From the NCBI RefSeq assembly GCF_006345805.1, contig NC_042997.1, positions 62,806,001 to 62,870,000 of the forward strand: DNA of 64,000 nt, given 5' to 3'. Made by a program: the position numbers and the translations under genes. Below, piece after piece: positions 28,691 through 43,930 of this stretch. How positions within the stretch are numbered: position 1 is the first letter of the stretch; each line of letters begins with the position of its first letter. The notes under the pieces are model-generated. The model did no database searches. It saw only the letters and a program-made list of their open reading frames with translations, and had not been told where the DNA came from. The stretch comes from Octopus sinensis (taxonomy: Eukaryota).

Positions 28691-29324
28691 GCACTCACCT
28701 ATTATCAATAGCTGAGTGCATCGAGTTGGCATATAATTGATTTGAATCTATATATTTCTTTTGTCTGGACAAATTGTAAAAAATTAAAACCATCAATTCG
28801 TCTGCTCCATTTTTCATTCCTCCATAAGGGTGTCATATGTAAGCCAGCCCATCAACTCTATGAGAAACTCTGGCGTAATATATTGGGTTAGCCGAGTTTG
28901 CGAGGTGATTCTGCGAGCAGGTTTCGATTCGTACGACCTAATTCATGATATACTCGATATTTATATCCTCGTGAAAACAGTACAGCCAACTAAAGCTTTC
29001 ACGGTATCAGCTAAAACTAGTGGAATCTTTCTGATAAACAACATAACTGTGTTGACCCTATAACGCCTGTTTGTAATGATATGATATATGTGATGCGTCA
29101 ATCTCCGAGGACTTATGAAAAGAAAACAAAACTGGAAACTTGGGCAAGCAAGAAGTATCTTTTTCCACAGACAACATTATCGTTGGCAAGCAATGTCTGA
29201 TGACTGATGCTAAATTATTGGCATATGGATTCATATACATATATATATGTATCTGTGTGTGTGTATGTGTGTGTGCTTGTGTGTATGCATATGTGTATGC
29301 GTATATATGGCCTGGCTCTCCGTC

Positions 29325-29490
29325 GGTCACGACGACTAGTGTTCCAGTTGATCCGGTCAAAGGAACAACGTGCTCGTAAAATTAACGTGCGAGTGGCTGA
29401 GCACACCGTAGACACGTGAACCTTCAACATAGTTATCAGGTAAACTCAACTTCACACAATGTGACAAATCTATCTCTTTGAAATACAGAT
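29325..29490 (-). mobile_element. SINE family 2 fragment
   Basis: Homologous to 8410-8590. Confidence 0.6.
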
Positions 29491-29719
29491 ACTACTCATT
29501 GTTGCCTTGTTTTCGTATACATTCGCTTGCTTTCTCCCAAAGAATCTAGTGCTCTCAGTTTAGACTTTCCTGGGGCCGGCCAGATTAGAGCAGAATCGAG
29601 AGTAACTGGCCGAAACTGCAAAGACAATATGCTACTTGACTGAAGATTGAAAGCTCCGAATCGGACTGCTTGTGCGGATTCCTGTGGCTCTCTGTCGCCA
29701 TTCAATTCTATTGTTCATC

Positions 29720-30050
29720 ATACTCGGCAGATCAGAGAAATTGCAGTTTAGGTCATTTCAAATTTGCCTGATATAGGTTTTGGTTTAACGTCTTCTGCTT
29801 GCTCTTCCAAATACTTTAGCCTTTAGCTTCTTAGCAATGCCCTGCGAATATGGCTCTAAGCTGTCTGATGATGTCTGATAGAGGACGAAAGTCATCATAC
29901 AATTACTTATTGGTCAGATGATCTCTCCAAGTGACATTCAAAGCCTCTCTTAGCATGCGAATGTAGGCTCCATCCAATCTTCTTTCCAAATTTTAAGGTA
30001 AAGGTCCATGCTGACCAGTCATTCAATACAACAGAAGAAAGATTCATTAT
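29720..30050 (-). mobile_element. RTE-like LINE C-terminal relic
   Basis: Minus strand reads LDGAYIRMLREALNVTWRDHLTNK*LYDDFRPLSDIIRQ..FAGHC. Confidence 0.65.
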
Positions 30051-30094
30051 GACTAAAGTTTCTTAATACGTACGTACATACATACATACATACA

Positions 30095-30126
<32 letters not shown>

Positions 30127-30226
30127 CACATACATACATACATATATTGTATAAATTCTGACGGGTCTATACGTTCAATGAAGGATGCACACACACACAC
30201 ACACACATATACATATACACACACCC

Positions 30227-30289
<63 letters not shown>

Positions 30290-30975
30290 TGCGCGCGCGT
30301 GTGTGTATGTGTGTGTGCGCGTATGTGCGTGCGTGTGTGCAAAAGGCATAAAAGTATGTATAAGTAGGTAGAAAGGTTACGCGGGCCGTACATACATACA
30401 TACATACATACATGCATACATACATACATACATACATACATACATACATAATACATACATACATACATACATAGATACATACATACATACATACATACAT
30501 GCATACATACATGCATATGCATATGTTTTATGTTCTAAGGTATTAATATGTCTGGAAAATTTTGCTGTGATTCAATTTTACTTCTGCAGACTAATATTTG
30601 ATCCATACGCTTTCACAAGGCGAGTAACTCATAGATAATTTACAAGCTATTCAATAAATAGAATACGTAAGTGTATATCACGAAAGCAATCATATTCCAA
30701 TTCCAGTTGAAATTATATAACAAAAGGTCTTATGTGCATGAAAAACACACATACGGTTGCTATGTAGGAGAACACTGTTACAATAAAGTTTTCATGGAAA
30801 TGGCTTAATACACTATAACACGAAACATATATGCACAGGTATTTAATTTTTAAAAATGAGACGGAACTTCACTGTTCCAAACCAAGTGAAAACAAAAGCC
30901 AATAAGGAAATACGAAAAATCTACACTACAAATGATTAAAGTGGAACAAAGTCCTATGTTTAATGAAACATGCAT

Positions 30976-32718
<1,743 letters not shown>

Positions 32719-33609
32719 TACATGCACACACGTGTGTGTGTAAAGGTAGAAAAAGCAAATAAGAAAACTATATATTTCTTAGTTTAATACAATTTGCAAT
32801 GGAAATAGGTTTAGTCCTGATATGTTATTGTAGTTGATTAAAAATTGGCAAATAAATCAAACACACGGACAGAACATATTATTTTCAATGTTTCTGCCTA
32901 GAAATGTGGAAATGTGCCGAGCTATATAGCACTTAAGGTGACATATGAGTAAGAAAATATACATCATGTTTGAAGAGTTGATTAATTAGCCGAACAGATA
33001 AAACACCAATTACAAATTAGTCGGAAATACAAAATGAATCGAAACGAACTGAAGATTGAATGAGTAAAATGATTCCATCAAAGGTTTTGATGTAAACTTC
33101 CGGATACTTCAACACACACAGGATATGTGTATAGCGATACTATAAACTCCATTAGTTTTTGGCTGGCTCAGTAAATGCAAATGCATTTCATAACAGGAAA
33201 TTCATGTCATTTGGATTGGAGAAACAGTAGTTCAGAAGATGGATGATCAAAATAGAGCTTTGTTAAAGTATTTGCGGAAAGCCAAGATATCAGAGTAAAG
33301 TAATACTGAGATTACATAACCATTTAACCAGTCAACGCACTGTTCAATACGTAATTTCTTGTTACAATAAACGCATGATAATGTTAACATATCAATCTGT
33401 TAACATGTAATTGTCCATAATAGCTTTTTAATGAATATATAAAATATTGGAATAGAACAAGAAGTATTTGGACACGCATACATGAAATATAAGATATATG
33501 GATTATATATAAATTTATATGTTCCCATGCACACATACATGGGCGCACAAACACATACACACACTCACACACATACACACTCTCTCTCTCACACACACAC
33601 ACGTATATA

Positions 33610-34166
33610 TTGGGGCATGTTATCTTAATGTGTACATGTCTGTGGGAATAATGAGGGGATAATTTACTCCGGCTTCGTTCAGGACGGTCGAACCATCGAT
33701 GTTAATCTGTACTCCGAACAGCAAGAGTGGATGTATGTCATTATGTAGAAAAACTACTCGACGTTGGTTAAGAGAAAGCGAACTCTTTTGCTGCAAGTCA
33801 ACAAAAGATCTCATACCACTCAAATGACCAGGAATAATTTCCAGGAGCTTGGCGAATCGAAAACACGCCACACGTAACATATAGTTCGGACTTAGCCCCT
33901 CGTATTATTATTACTTCTCCCTATCATGTCTCACTTGCGCTCGCGACACGTCATCAACCGAAAGGATGCAGAAGCTTCAGTGAAGGAGTTTTTCGCCTCG
34001 AAGGACAAGAACTGGTTTCAGATGGGATCAAACAAATGGCAGAAAGGTGATTTCAGGCAGTGCAGCTCAATGGCCTCTACTTTGAATGATAGGCCGCTTT
34101 TATTGTAACTTTACGAATAAAGCAAATAAGTTCCCAAAATATTGCAACACATTTGACTCAATAATA
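33610..34166 (+). mobile_element. mariner transposon relic, 3' half with TIR
   Basis: Frameshifted HVTYSSDLAP (YSPDLAP) and SVKEFFASKDKNW. Right TIR ends CACATTTGACTCAATA-TA. Confidence 0.75.
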
Positions 34167-34231
34167 TTTCAAAAATAGAAATATTAACATTTCTAAGTCT
34201 CTCAAAAGAAGACCATGGCAGCAGTACTGGA

Positions 34232-34524
34232 TATTAATAGTTATCGCAAAGCTAACATGGCAGTCCAGAAAAATAGGATGAATGCTGCCGTTGATTAGCT
34301 CCAAGAGACCAACGCCTCTAGTTAGCTATGTGACACACGAACCTGTGTCCATTATAACCTTCGAACAGGGGAGGTCAGCCGCTTCCCCTGTTCGAAGGTT
34401 ATAATGGACACAGGTTTGTGTGTCACATAGCTAGCTAGAAGCGATGGCCTCTTGGAGCTAATCAACGGCATCATTCATCCTATTTTTCTGGACTGCCATG
34501 TTAGCTTGGCGATAACTATTAATA
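34232..34524. repeat. 293-bp near-perfect inverted repeat (141-bp arms, 11-nt loop)
   Basis: TATTAATAGTTATCGC...TTCGAACAGGGGA / loop GGTCAGCCGCT / TCCCCTGTTCGAA...GCGATAACTATTAATA, with about 7 mismatches. Confidence 0.93.
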
Positions 34525-34989
34525 ATAATATTTTGCTTATCTTCGAAGCTCCTTGCAGCGAAAGGTAGGGAAAGTAAAGAGGAAACTGAGCTAATTTTCT
34601 CTTTTGCCATATTGGGAGCGAATGAAAGCGTGAAAAATGTTATTGAGTAATAATGTTTTTGAAAGGAATGGAGGCTTTAATCTAACGAACAATTTAGGTG
34701 CTAATGGCATACATTTATCATTTTTCAACTCAGGAGAAAAAAAGCTGCACGAATAAATATAGCTGTATGAAATATAAAGCGACATCTTAATAACATTCGC
34801 TTTTATTATTGATTTTAGATACGTTAAGTTTTTCAGATTGTTGATTTATTAATAAAAAATATATTACTTATGAATAAACTAGTGTACTCATTTCGTCAAA
34901 AATGACGACCGTTTCCTGAATTATATAGAACATTTTGCAATAAGAATTAGCAGAGTTTCTCTACTACTACTACTACACACACACATTAT

Positions 34990-35200
34990 TTTCTACTCCA
35001 AGCGTAAGGCCCGAAATTTTTGGGGGAAGGGGCCAGTCGATTAGATCGATCCTAGTACGCAACTGGTACTTAATTTACCAACCCCGAAAGGATGAAAGGC
35101 AAAGTCGACCTCAGCGGAATTTGAACTCAGAACGTAAAGACAGAAGAAATACCGCAAAACATTTCGCCCGGCGTGCTAACGTTTCTACCAGCTCGCCGCC
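34990..35200 (-). mobile_element. SINE family 1 copy
   Basis: Full head to tail. Its 5' flank (35201-35512) is repeated at 38492-38859. Confidence 0.85.
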
Positions 35201-35859
35201 TTACAAACACACATATTGTTTTTATATTTGCTTTTTGGTATCCATTCATGTAGGCGGATGATATTAACTATGTAAGCGTGGCAGACTTCATACAGTCAAT
35301 AAAAATACTATGCCAATAAAGAAATTTTACGTCAAAACGTTTGATATTGGATATATTTTATCGGTATTGAAAGATGCTTTGTTGTTGTTGTCTAACTTTT
35401 GAGAGCTCAAAATAGGCACATTTATCAGCAAAGCAGTTCTAGCTATAACCGTCCCTTCTTTTGTTTCAGCTGTATATAAGGATGCATTACTCAGTTCACT
35501 CTTTAGCTCGTTCAGGGTTCTTTCGTGGGGTAACTAACAAATCAGACAAATTTGAATTAGTTCAGCCTGTTTTGTTCTGTAGATACTCTCATTCCTCTGT
35601 TTGTCGCAGTAAATTTCATAATCATTTTGATAATATTGTCTTTAGTCAGCTGAAATTATTTATTAGAGCCGAAATATAACACAAACTTAAGTTTGTCAAT
35701 CTATTCTTTATCATGTAGTAAGTTTCACGACTTTCCTATCCTTGTAACTAACAAATCTTCAAGTAAATCACAATATATTATTTAACTAGTGTAGCTGATT
35801 TTGCTCTATTTTGTTCACTGCTCCACCTCTGTATATTGAAGTGATATTAATAACCTGCT

Positions 35860-36385
35860 CAGGGCGACGATCTGGTAGAAACGTTAGCACGCCGGGCGAA
35901 ATGCTTAGCGGTTTTTCGTCTGCCGTTACGTTCTGAGTTCAAATTTTGCCGAGGTCAACTTTGCCTTTCTTTCTTTCGGGGTCGATTAAATAAGTACCAG
36001 TTATGCACTGGGGTCGATATAATCGACTTAATCCGTTTGTCTGTCCTTGTTTGTCCCCTCTGTGTTTATCCCCTTGTGGGTAGTAAAAAAATAGGTATTT
36101 CGTTCTTTACGTTCTGAGTTCAAATTCCGCCAAAGTCGACTTAGCTTTTCATCCTTTCAGAGTAAATTAAGTACCAATTTCGGGCCTCGTGCTTAGAGTA
36201 GAAAAGAATGCTTAGCGGCATTTCGTATCTCTTCACGTTCTGAGTTCGAATTTCGTTGAGAGGGACTTTGCCTTTCATCCTTTCGGGCTCGATAGAATAA
36301 ATACCAGTGGCGCACTAGGGTCAATGAAATCGATTTACCCTCTCCCCCGAATTGCTGACCTTGTACCAAAATTTGAAATCAATAT
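35860..36385 (+). mobile_element. SINE family 1 head-to-tail trimer
   Basis: Three B-box/core units at ~35930, ~36110 and ~36240. Confidence 0.85.
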
Positions 36386-37219
36386 TAATAGCCTGCAAAA
36401 AGACACTGGTTATTCAAACCTATCATCAAAGCAATAAACCCACACCTCTTTATTTCCAAGCAATATATCCAAAATTATATTATCCAGTATTTATCTCCCC
36501 TTTCTTTTAAGATGGTACGTTGTGGTTTGAGGAAAACTTGGTTGCTATTCCTCACTGGTTGATTGACTACTTACACCGGTTTCTATGTTGGCTCGAGAAA
36601 TAAATGTTGACTCAGGTCATAAACACCGACTTTGGAAATAAGAGTTGACGTATATGAAATGATGTGTTCTTTTATTTGACAGCTTCTGATATGTAGTAAT
36701 CTTTTCATTGGCAGTTTGAAACTGAAATATTTTTCCCATTAGAATACATTATCGCATTCACGTTAATCCCATAGCAACAGACAAATTATTAACCAACATA
36801 GCAAGCAATAACCAGATCTTTTGATCTTTTCGACAGATTACTCTTGTCTGGTTGTCTGTGTCTAGCTGTCAGTGTCTGTCTGTTTGTATGTCTGTGCTTG
36901 TCTGTGTCTGTCTCCTCCCTCTCCCTGCTTGTCTCTGTCTCTTTGTTTTTGCGAATTATGTAAGTTATGAACCGCACGTTATTCTTTGGGTTCACAAACG
37001 ACATTCTCATTGTTACTTCGAGCACATATTTTGCAGATAAGACCAACCATAGGTACCTTACATGCCCTTAAATACTACAAAGACATCGTAAAAATGTTTC
37101 ATTTGGAACATAACAATCTGGTCACCTTGTAACGCATGATAGGAACTAACAAGCTTCAATTGTCTTCCTGGCTCAATCTTCTCAAAATCTGAATCTTCTT
37201 TCAGGGACTATGGGTTAAA

Positions 37220-39168
37220 AACGAGTGAGCTGAAAAGTTGATTGGCCGACTATGAAGGAGTGATGCTTGAGAAATGAAATCTTGATCACATTAATTCCAT
37301 TTCTTCTTAATAATAACTACATTGTTTCCTTCCAGGTAAACCGACATCTGACTGTTCAAAGAGGAGTTCAGAAATAACTAGTTGCGACTTCTCTCGAAAA
37401 TAAAAAAATATTGGCATTGTGATGTTAACAAGTATCTGCAGAAGAACGATTTAGCACCCTAGGACATTCATGCTGACATCGTAGCTACATTAGGGGATGC
37501 CACTCCAGTTTTATCAACTGTGCAAAAGTGGGCAGGTGAACTGAGGAGGAGAAGGGAGAGTCTTGAAGATGACCCAAGGTCTAAAATTTTACAACTGCCA
37601 CCACTGAAGAAAACATTGATCATGTTCACCATATCTGATGGATGACTGGCAAACGACTATAAATAAAATAGCCAATACTATTAGCATATTTCATGGGAGG
37701 GTTGAGAATATTCAATTCAATGAACTTGGCATGACGAAGGTTTCTGCTCGGTGGATGTCACGTCTTCTGACACCTGATTAAAAAGCAGCAAGCTGATCAC
37801 ATCTCGGGAAAATCTGACATTGTTTGAGGCAGATCTAGCTGCTTTCCTTGAACGTTTTTTAAGAGATGAAGCTAACACTCATCCTGGGTTCATCACTTTG
37901 AGCCAGAGACAAAGAGACAATCCAATCAGTTAAAACACTCTCTTCACCTGCTCCAAAGAAGACTAAAGTCGTTTCATCTGCAGGGAAAGTGGTGTCCTCA
38001 TAATTTTGGGATGCAAAAAGTATTATTTTTATTGGCTATCTTCAAAAGGGCCACACTATCAATGGAGGGTACTATGCCAACTTGTTGAGGCAGTTACAAA
38101 AGGCAATCGAGACCAAATGCTCTGGGAAACTGACAAAAGGGGTCTTCTTTCATAAGAGAAGTGCTCTAGCACAGAAGTCTGTGGTTTCGACTGTGGCCTT
38201 GTTCTGGTTGATCACCCTCCTCTCTCTGACTTGTCCCCATCTGACTATCATCTCTTCACCTATTTCTTTATTACGCACAAGGGGCTAAACATAGAGGGGA
38301 CAAACAACGACAGACAAAGGTATTAAGTCGATTACATCGACCCCATTGCGTAACCGGTACTTAACTTATCGACCCCGAGAGCATGAAAGGCAAAGTCGAC
38401 CTCGGCGGAATTTGAACTCAGAACGTAGCGGCAGACGAAATACCGCTAAGCATTTCACCCGCTGTGCTAACGTTTCTGCCAGCTCGCCGCCTTACAAACA
38501 CACATATTGTTTTTATATCTACTTTTTGGTATATATTCATGTAGGCGGATGATATTAACTATGTAAGCGTGGCAGACTTCATAAGTCAATAAAAATACTA
38601 TGCCAATAAAGAAATTTTACGTCAAAACGTTTGATATTGGATATATTTTATCGGTATTGAAAGATGCTTTGTTGTTGTTGTCTAACTTTTGAGAGCTCAA
38701 AATAGGCACATTTATCAGCAAAGCAGTTCTAGCCATAACCGTCCCTTCTTTTGTTTCATCTGTACATAAGGATGCATTACTCATTTTATCGTTCGTTAAA
38801 CTGAGGCTTAGAGGCTTCGAGGCTTCGATGACTACTTATAAGTTCACTTTTAGCTCGTTTTTCGGCAGACGAAATACGGAAACGCATTTCGCCCGGCGTG
38901 CTAACGTTTCTGCCAGCTCGTCGCCCTATCATCTCTTCACCAGCATGAAAAAAGACCCCACTTAGTTGGGAACCAGTATGGCAGTGATGAGGATGTCATA
39001 TCTGTTGTTGATTTCGTTTTTGACCAACAGGATGACAGCTTCTTCACCAATAGGATCCAAGCACTGCAAATCCGATGAAAGGGGACAATGTTGAAAAGTA
39101 AACTTCACTTGGTCACATTCCATGAGATTATCTTCTTCAGCCTAAGAACTTTTCAGCTGAACCTCTTA
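37220..39168 (+). mobile_element. near full-length decayed mariner, interrupted by a 665-bp composite SINE insertion
   Basis: TIRs ACGAGTGAGCTGAAAAGTTG / GAACTTTTCAGCTGAACCTCT. Transposase remnants KVSARWMSRLLTPD and YLQKGHTINGGYYANLLRQLQKAI. The coding sequence resumes after 38925. Confidence 0.85.
38261..38925 (-). mobile_element. composite SINE insertion with a 16-bp TSD and a captured genomic segment
   Basis: CTATCATCTCTTCACC at 38245-38260 and 38926-38941. Order on the minus strand: SINE head, 370-bp flank copy, full SINE. Confidence 0.8.
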
Positions 39169-39429
39169 AATTTCCTTAGGGTATAGGAAACTTCCCGCTA
39201 TTTTTGACAAAGCCGTGGGGAAGGCAGCTCTTGTAGGTGTCAGATACTCTAACATACAACTTACAGTCAAAATAATACCAGTCATTATGCAGGTTGTCAC
39301 AGGAACCTATTATAGCGATCGAGAGAGTGCCTTTTGTCACTTAAACCCGATGATGTACAAATCTCTCTCTATCATAATGAGAGACATCTATCATCTGACA
39401 AGATGGAGTAATTTTTATGCATATACGTA

Positions 39430-40302
39430 CAGGGTGTCCCAAAAGTTACTGATGGGTTTCGGTTTTTAATAACTTGCTTAACTTCACAAATAGATGTATG
39501 AAATTTTGATACAATATAAAGGACATAATGAAAACTAATATGCACAAGTCAAATTTTGCAACACCACTACATCGCATATGAAAAACGACATCGCTTAAAT
39601 GGCAGCCATTTTCGACTTCGCACGCCCGTACTCTTTCCAAAAATTGCACCATAACTCACTCAAGAGTTTCAAATCTTACTTCTCGGAATTCTCTATCGAT
39701 GTTCTCCTGCATCAGGGTCTCCGATTTGTTGACGTAAACACTCCCTTTCAGGCACCCCCACAAGGAATATCCGGACTAGTCCGGGGAACGTGAAGGCCAT
39801 TCAAAGTAGACCTCACACATGGTTTCAACAAGATAGGGCAACTGCTCATACCGCAAGAGAAACAATGCAGTTGCTACGGCAGTGCTTTGGAGATAGAATA
39901 ATCTCCTGCTACGGAAATGCCAACTGGCCTTCACGTTCCCCAGACTTGACTAGCCCGGATTTATTTGCGGGGATACCTGAAAGAGAGAGTCTACGTCAAC
40001 AAACCGGAGACCCTGGTGCAACTGAAGGAGAACATCAATAGAAAGATCAGAGAAGTGGGGTCAGAAACTCTTGAGTGAGTTATGGTGCAAACTCTAGAAA
40101 GAGTACGGGCGTTCGAAATCGAAAAGGGCTGCCGTTTAAGTGATGTCATTTTTCATGTGATGTAGTGGTATTGCAAAATTTGAGTTGTGAGTATTAATTT
40201 CTGTTATGTTCTTTATATTGTATCAAACTTTCCCGCATTTATTTGTAAAGTTAAACAAGTTATTAAAAATAGAACCCTATCAGTAACTTTTGGGACACCC
40301 TG
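39430..40302 (+). mobile_element. internally deleted Tc1/mariner (DD41D/rosa-like) element with ~240-bp TIRs and TA TSD
   Basis: TA|CAGGGTGTCCCAAAAGTTACTGAT ... ATCAGTAACTTTTGGGACACCCTG|TA. Reads WFQQDRATAHTA..WPSRSPDLT, then GYLKERVY after a frameshift. Confidence 0.85.
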
Positions 40303-40786
40303 TATATGCATAAAAGTATATGAACTATCTATAGGTTTCAAAGAACAAAATTTCAGCTGGTAGAGCAACTGAACTACATACTGAAGAAATTATATTGTAA
40401 ATGGCTGGGTATTCCTCAGGCACATGTACTCTTAACACACTCCCAAAGCAGAATCAGTATGACAGTATGTGAGATCGTCACTTTGAATTACAAATATAGT
40501 CCGTCCGACGAGATTCGACATAGTTTCCGTCTGTCTGATTTTGATAATAAGGCTTGAGTTAATCTGTTATCTTAGAAAGCACTTGTCTAAGACCTCACTT
40601 AGTGGGATCAATCACGAGAACTTATAAGGAAGCGGAAGCGATATTCTTAGGTACTCGACCACAAAATCCTGCAAAATTACATAAACACACACCATAAATA
40701 TAAGTCTGGGTTGGTATATCCTTGTGTGAGGGTGTGTGCATGTGTGCGTGTGTGTACGTTTATATATATGCATACATACATATATG

Positions 40787-40864
<78 letters not shown>

Positions 40865-40869
40865 ATATC

Positions 40870-41600
40870 CAATGAAGCCTAAGAACCACAATTAGTACCA
40901 ACCTTAAAGAAGTCAACTTCTTAGATATTAGCATGAACCTTAACACTGAAAAATTTGAACCTTACCACAAACCAAAAGAGGAAACCACATACATAGACAT
41001 ATGTTCCAACATCATCAGGTGCGTCTCCAATGTATCCACCGACAAAAATACTTTTGAAAAAGCTGCCCCATACTATAATGCTGCATTAGATAGGTCCGAC
41101 TTTAAGAATAGCATATACTACATTGAACTAAATATAAATAAACCATGAAAACGCAGACAGAGGAAAATCTTATGGCTTAACCCACCTTATAGCATGAGTT
41201 TAGCCACTAACATAGCTAAAGAATTCATAGAATTAATAGACAACCTCTTTCCACATTCACACAAATATTACAAGATCTTCAACAGAAATACTGTTAAAGT
41301 TAGCTATAGTTGCCTCCTCGATATAGGGTCAATAACACTCATTCACAATAAATATAAACAAACCAGAAACACCCACGAAAGACCATGCAACTGTAGATCC
41401 TCAAACTGCTGCCCTTTAAACAGCAACTGCCTCGAGAAAGAATTCGTCTAGAAGGCCAGGATCAGGGAACCCAATGGAGTTCACAAGTATAAGAACACCA
41501 CACCCAGAACAAAACAGAATAATGCAAACAAATTGACCACATAAAAGTTTGCCTAAAAGACAAATATTCAAAAGATTCTACCCAGGAATAGTGTCTATTG
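40870..41600 (+). mobile_element. Penelope-like (Neptune-type) relic
   Basis: EVNFLDISMNLNTEKFEPYHKP; ILWLNPPYS; KIFNRNTVKVSYSC; CNCRSSNCCPLNSNCL. Confidence 0.85.
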
Positions 41601-42180
41601 ATTGATTGTTTTATTCACGAGAACTAACGAGTATCTCCATGAACAAAACGAGGCTGTGTTTTCCAGAATGGAAGCGAACATCTTTCTCCATGTGATCGGC
41701 TTGAAAAATTGTCAAGACACTAGGATATTTTCCTGCTTTTTTAAACATGAAACCAATGGTAGCCTTAATTCACAAATAAAGAAATCATATCCACCAATGA
41801 GGCGTTGAGCACTAATTTCCATCGTTCGTCATATTTGTATATATATGTATATGGATATGTATAAGGAGATTTCGTCAACTGATGTATGTACTATGACTGC
41901 TCAGTTAGTTTTTACCACGAAAACTCTGGCTTCAACTGCAACGGAAAGTGTGGTGTTGAGACTTCCTATCAGAGTCGGCTAGAGGTGGCTTTCCCTTGAG
42001 CAGGTAGGGATATATTACAGTAAAAATGAGAAAGCAAAACGTTTGGCATCACTTGAAAATCACATTTAATTTAGATTATATTCTCTGAAATAAATATCCA
42101 TCAAGGGATGCCAAACGTTTTGCTTTTTCCTTTTCACTTTAATCTATATATTTATGCGTGTGTATATATGTATTCATATA

Positions 42181-42216
<36 letters not shown>

Positions 42217-42289
42217 CATATATCCATACATACATTCATACACACATACTCACGCATATACACACACACGCACGCACACACACACACAC

Positions 42290-43064
42290 ACACACAGACA
42301 CACACATATCAAATGATACAAATCTAACTAGTTTCTAGCTCTCAGGCGAAATAGCGCTATCTATGAACAACAGGAATGTCCAATAAATGGATGTTATGAA
42401 AATCTGGAAACGCCAGACAACATTTCAGTCATAGGAAAATGAACACTCAAGATAAGAAAAAAGAACAAGTAAAAGGTAAGTTATGAACCCTGGAGCAGTT
42501 CTCTCCCCTTAAGGAAAGTTTTCACCCTCTCTGTCATCTTATGATAGACACTCATTTTCTCTCTTCCCCTCGTACTCCGTAAGCAACACTAAGGGACATC
42601 ACTATGTAGTCACCAGTCAAGTAATCATGCATATATATATGAAGAAGAGAATGAACACGTGAAACATGTATCAGTTTATTGCATGGAATTATAATTCAGG
42701 CATGATTGTATAACTGTAGAGTTGTTAGCGTAAATAGAAATAATTAGAAATTAAGAAGTTGTGCATGAAGTTTTTTTACACCTATTTCTAGAATAGCTGT
42801 GTATATAGTACGAGTCTCATTGAACAAATATTTCCACATAAAAGCCAGCAATGCCGTCTTCAGAGATGAAGACTTAAGAGATATCGTTCATAAAGGTTAT
42901 TCTTATTTATGAGTTCCATCGTCGAAGAGAGAGTGAGATATTTTATGAGTCGAAGTCCTGCAAGGAACACAGGGCAACAGAAAAGATAGTCTTGAATGAA
43001 TAAGAGGAGACAAAGACCAACTGGTATAGTGAAGGCATATATAACTTAAGAGTTAGATACACAT

Positions 43065-43104
<40 letters not shown>

Positions 43105-43867
43105 ACACATATCAAATGATACAAATCTAACTAGTTTCTAGCTCTCAGGCGAAATAGCGCTATCTATGAACAACAGGAATGTCCAATAAATGGATGTTAT
43201 GAAAATCTGGAAACGCCAGACAACATTTCAGTCATAGGAAAATGAACACTCAAGATAAGAAAAAAGAACAAGTAAAAGGTAAGTTATGAACCCTGGAGCA
43301 GTTCTCTCCCCTTAAGGAAAGTTTTCACCCTCTCTGTCATCTTATGATAGACACTCATTTTCTCTCTTCCCCTCGTACTCCGTAAGCAACACTAAGGGAC
43401 ATCACTATGTAGTCACCAGTCAAGTAATCATGCATATATATATGAAGAAGAGAATGAACACGTGAAACATGTATCAGTTTATTGCATGGAATTATAATTC
43501 AGGCATGATTGTATAACTGTAGAGTTGTTAGCGTAAATAGAAATAATTAGAAATTAAGAAGTTGTGCATGAAGTTTTTTTACACCTATTTCTAGAATAGC
43601 TGTGTATATAGTACGAGTCTCATTGAACAAATATTTCCACATAAAAGCCAGCAATGCCGTCTTCAGAGATGAAGACTTAAGAGATATCGTTCATAAAGGT
43701 TATTCTTATTTATGAGTTCCATCGTCGAAGAGAGAGTGAGATATTTTATGAGTCGAAGTCCTGCAAGGAACACAGGGCAACAGAAAAGATAGTCTTGAAT
43801 GAATAAGAGGAGACAAAGACCAACTGGTATAGTGAAGGCATATATAACTTAAGAGTTAGATACACAT

Positions 43868-43900
<33 letters not shown>
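42290..43900. repeat. tandem duplication, 2 x 803 bp, bounded by (CA)n
   Basis: CACACATATCAAATGATAC at 42301 and 43104; CTGGTATAGTGAAGG at 43021 and 43824. Confidence 0.92.

Positions 43901-43930
<30 letters not shown>

Noticed and set aside
29865-29915. CTGATGA..GGACGAAA hammerhead-like string
   Set aside because: Stem I cannot form, and it lies antisense within RTE coding remnants, so it is probably chance.
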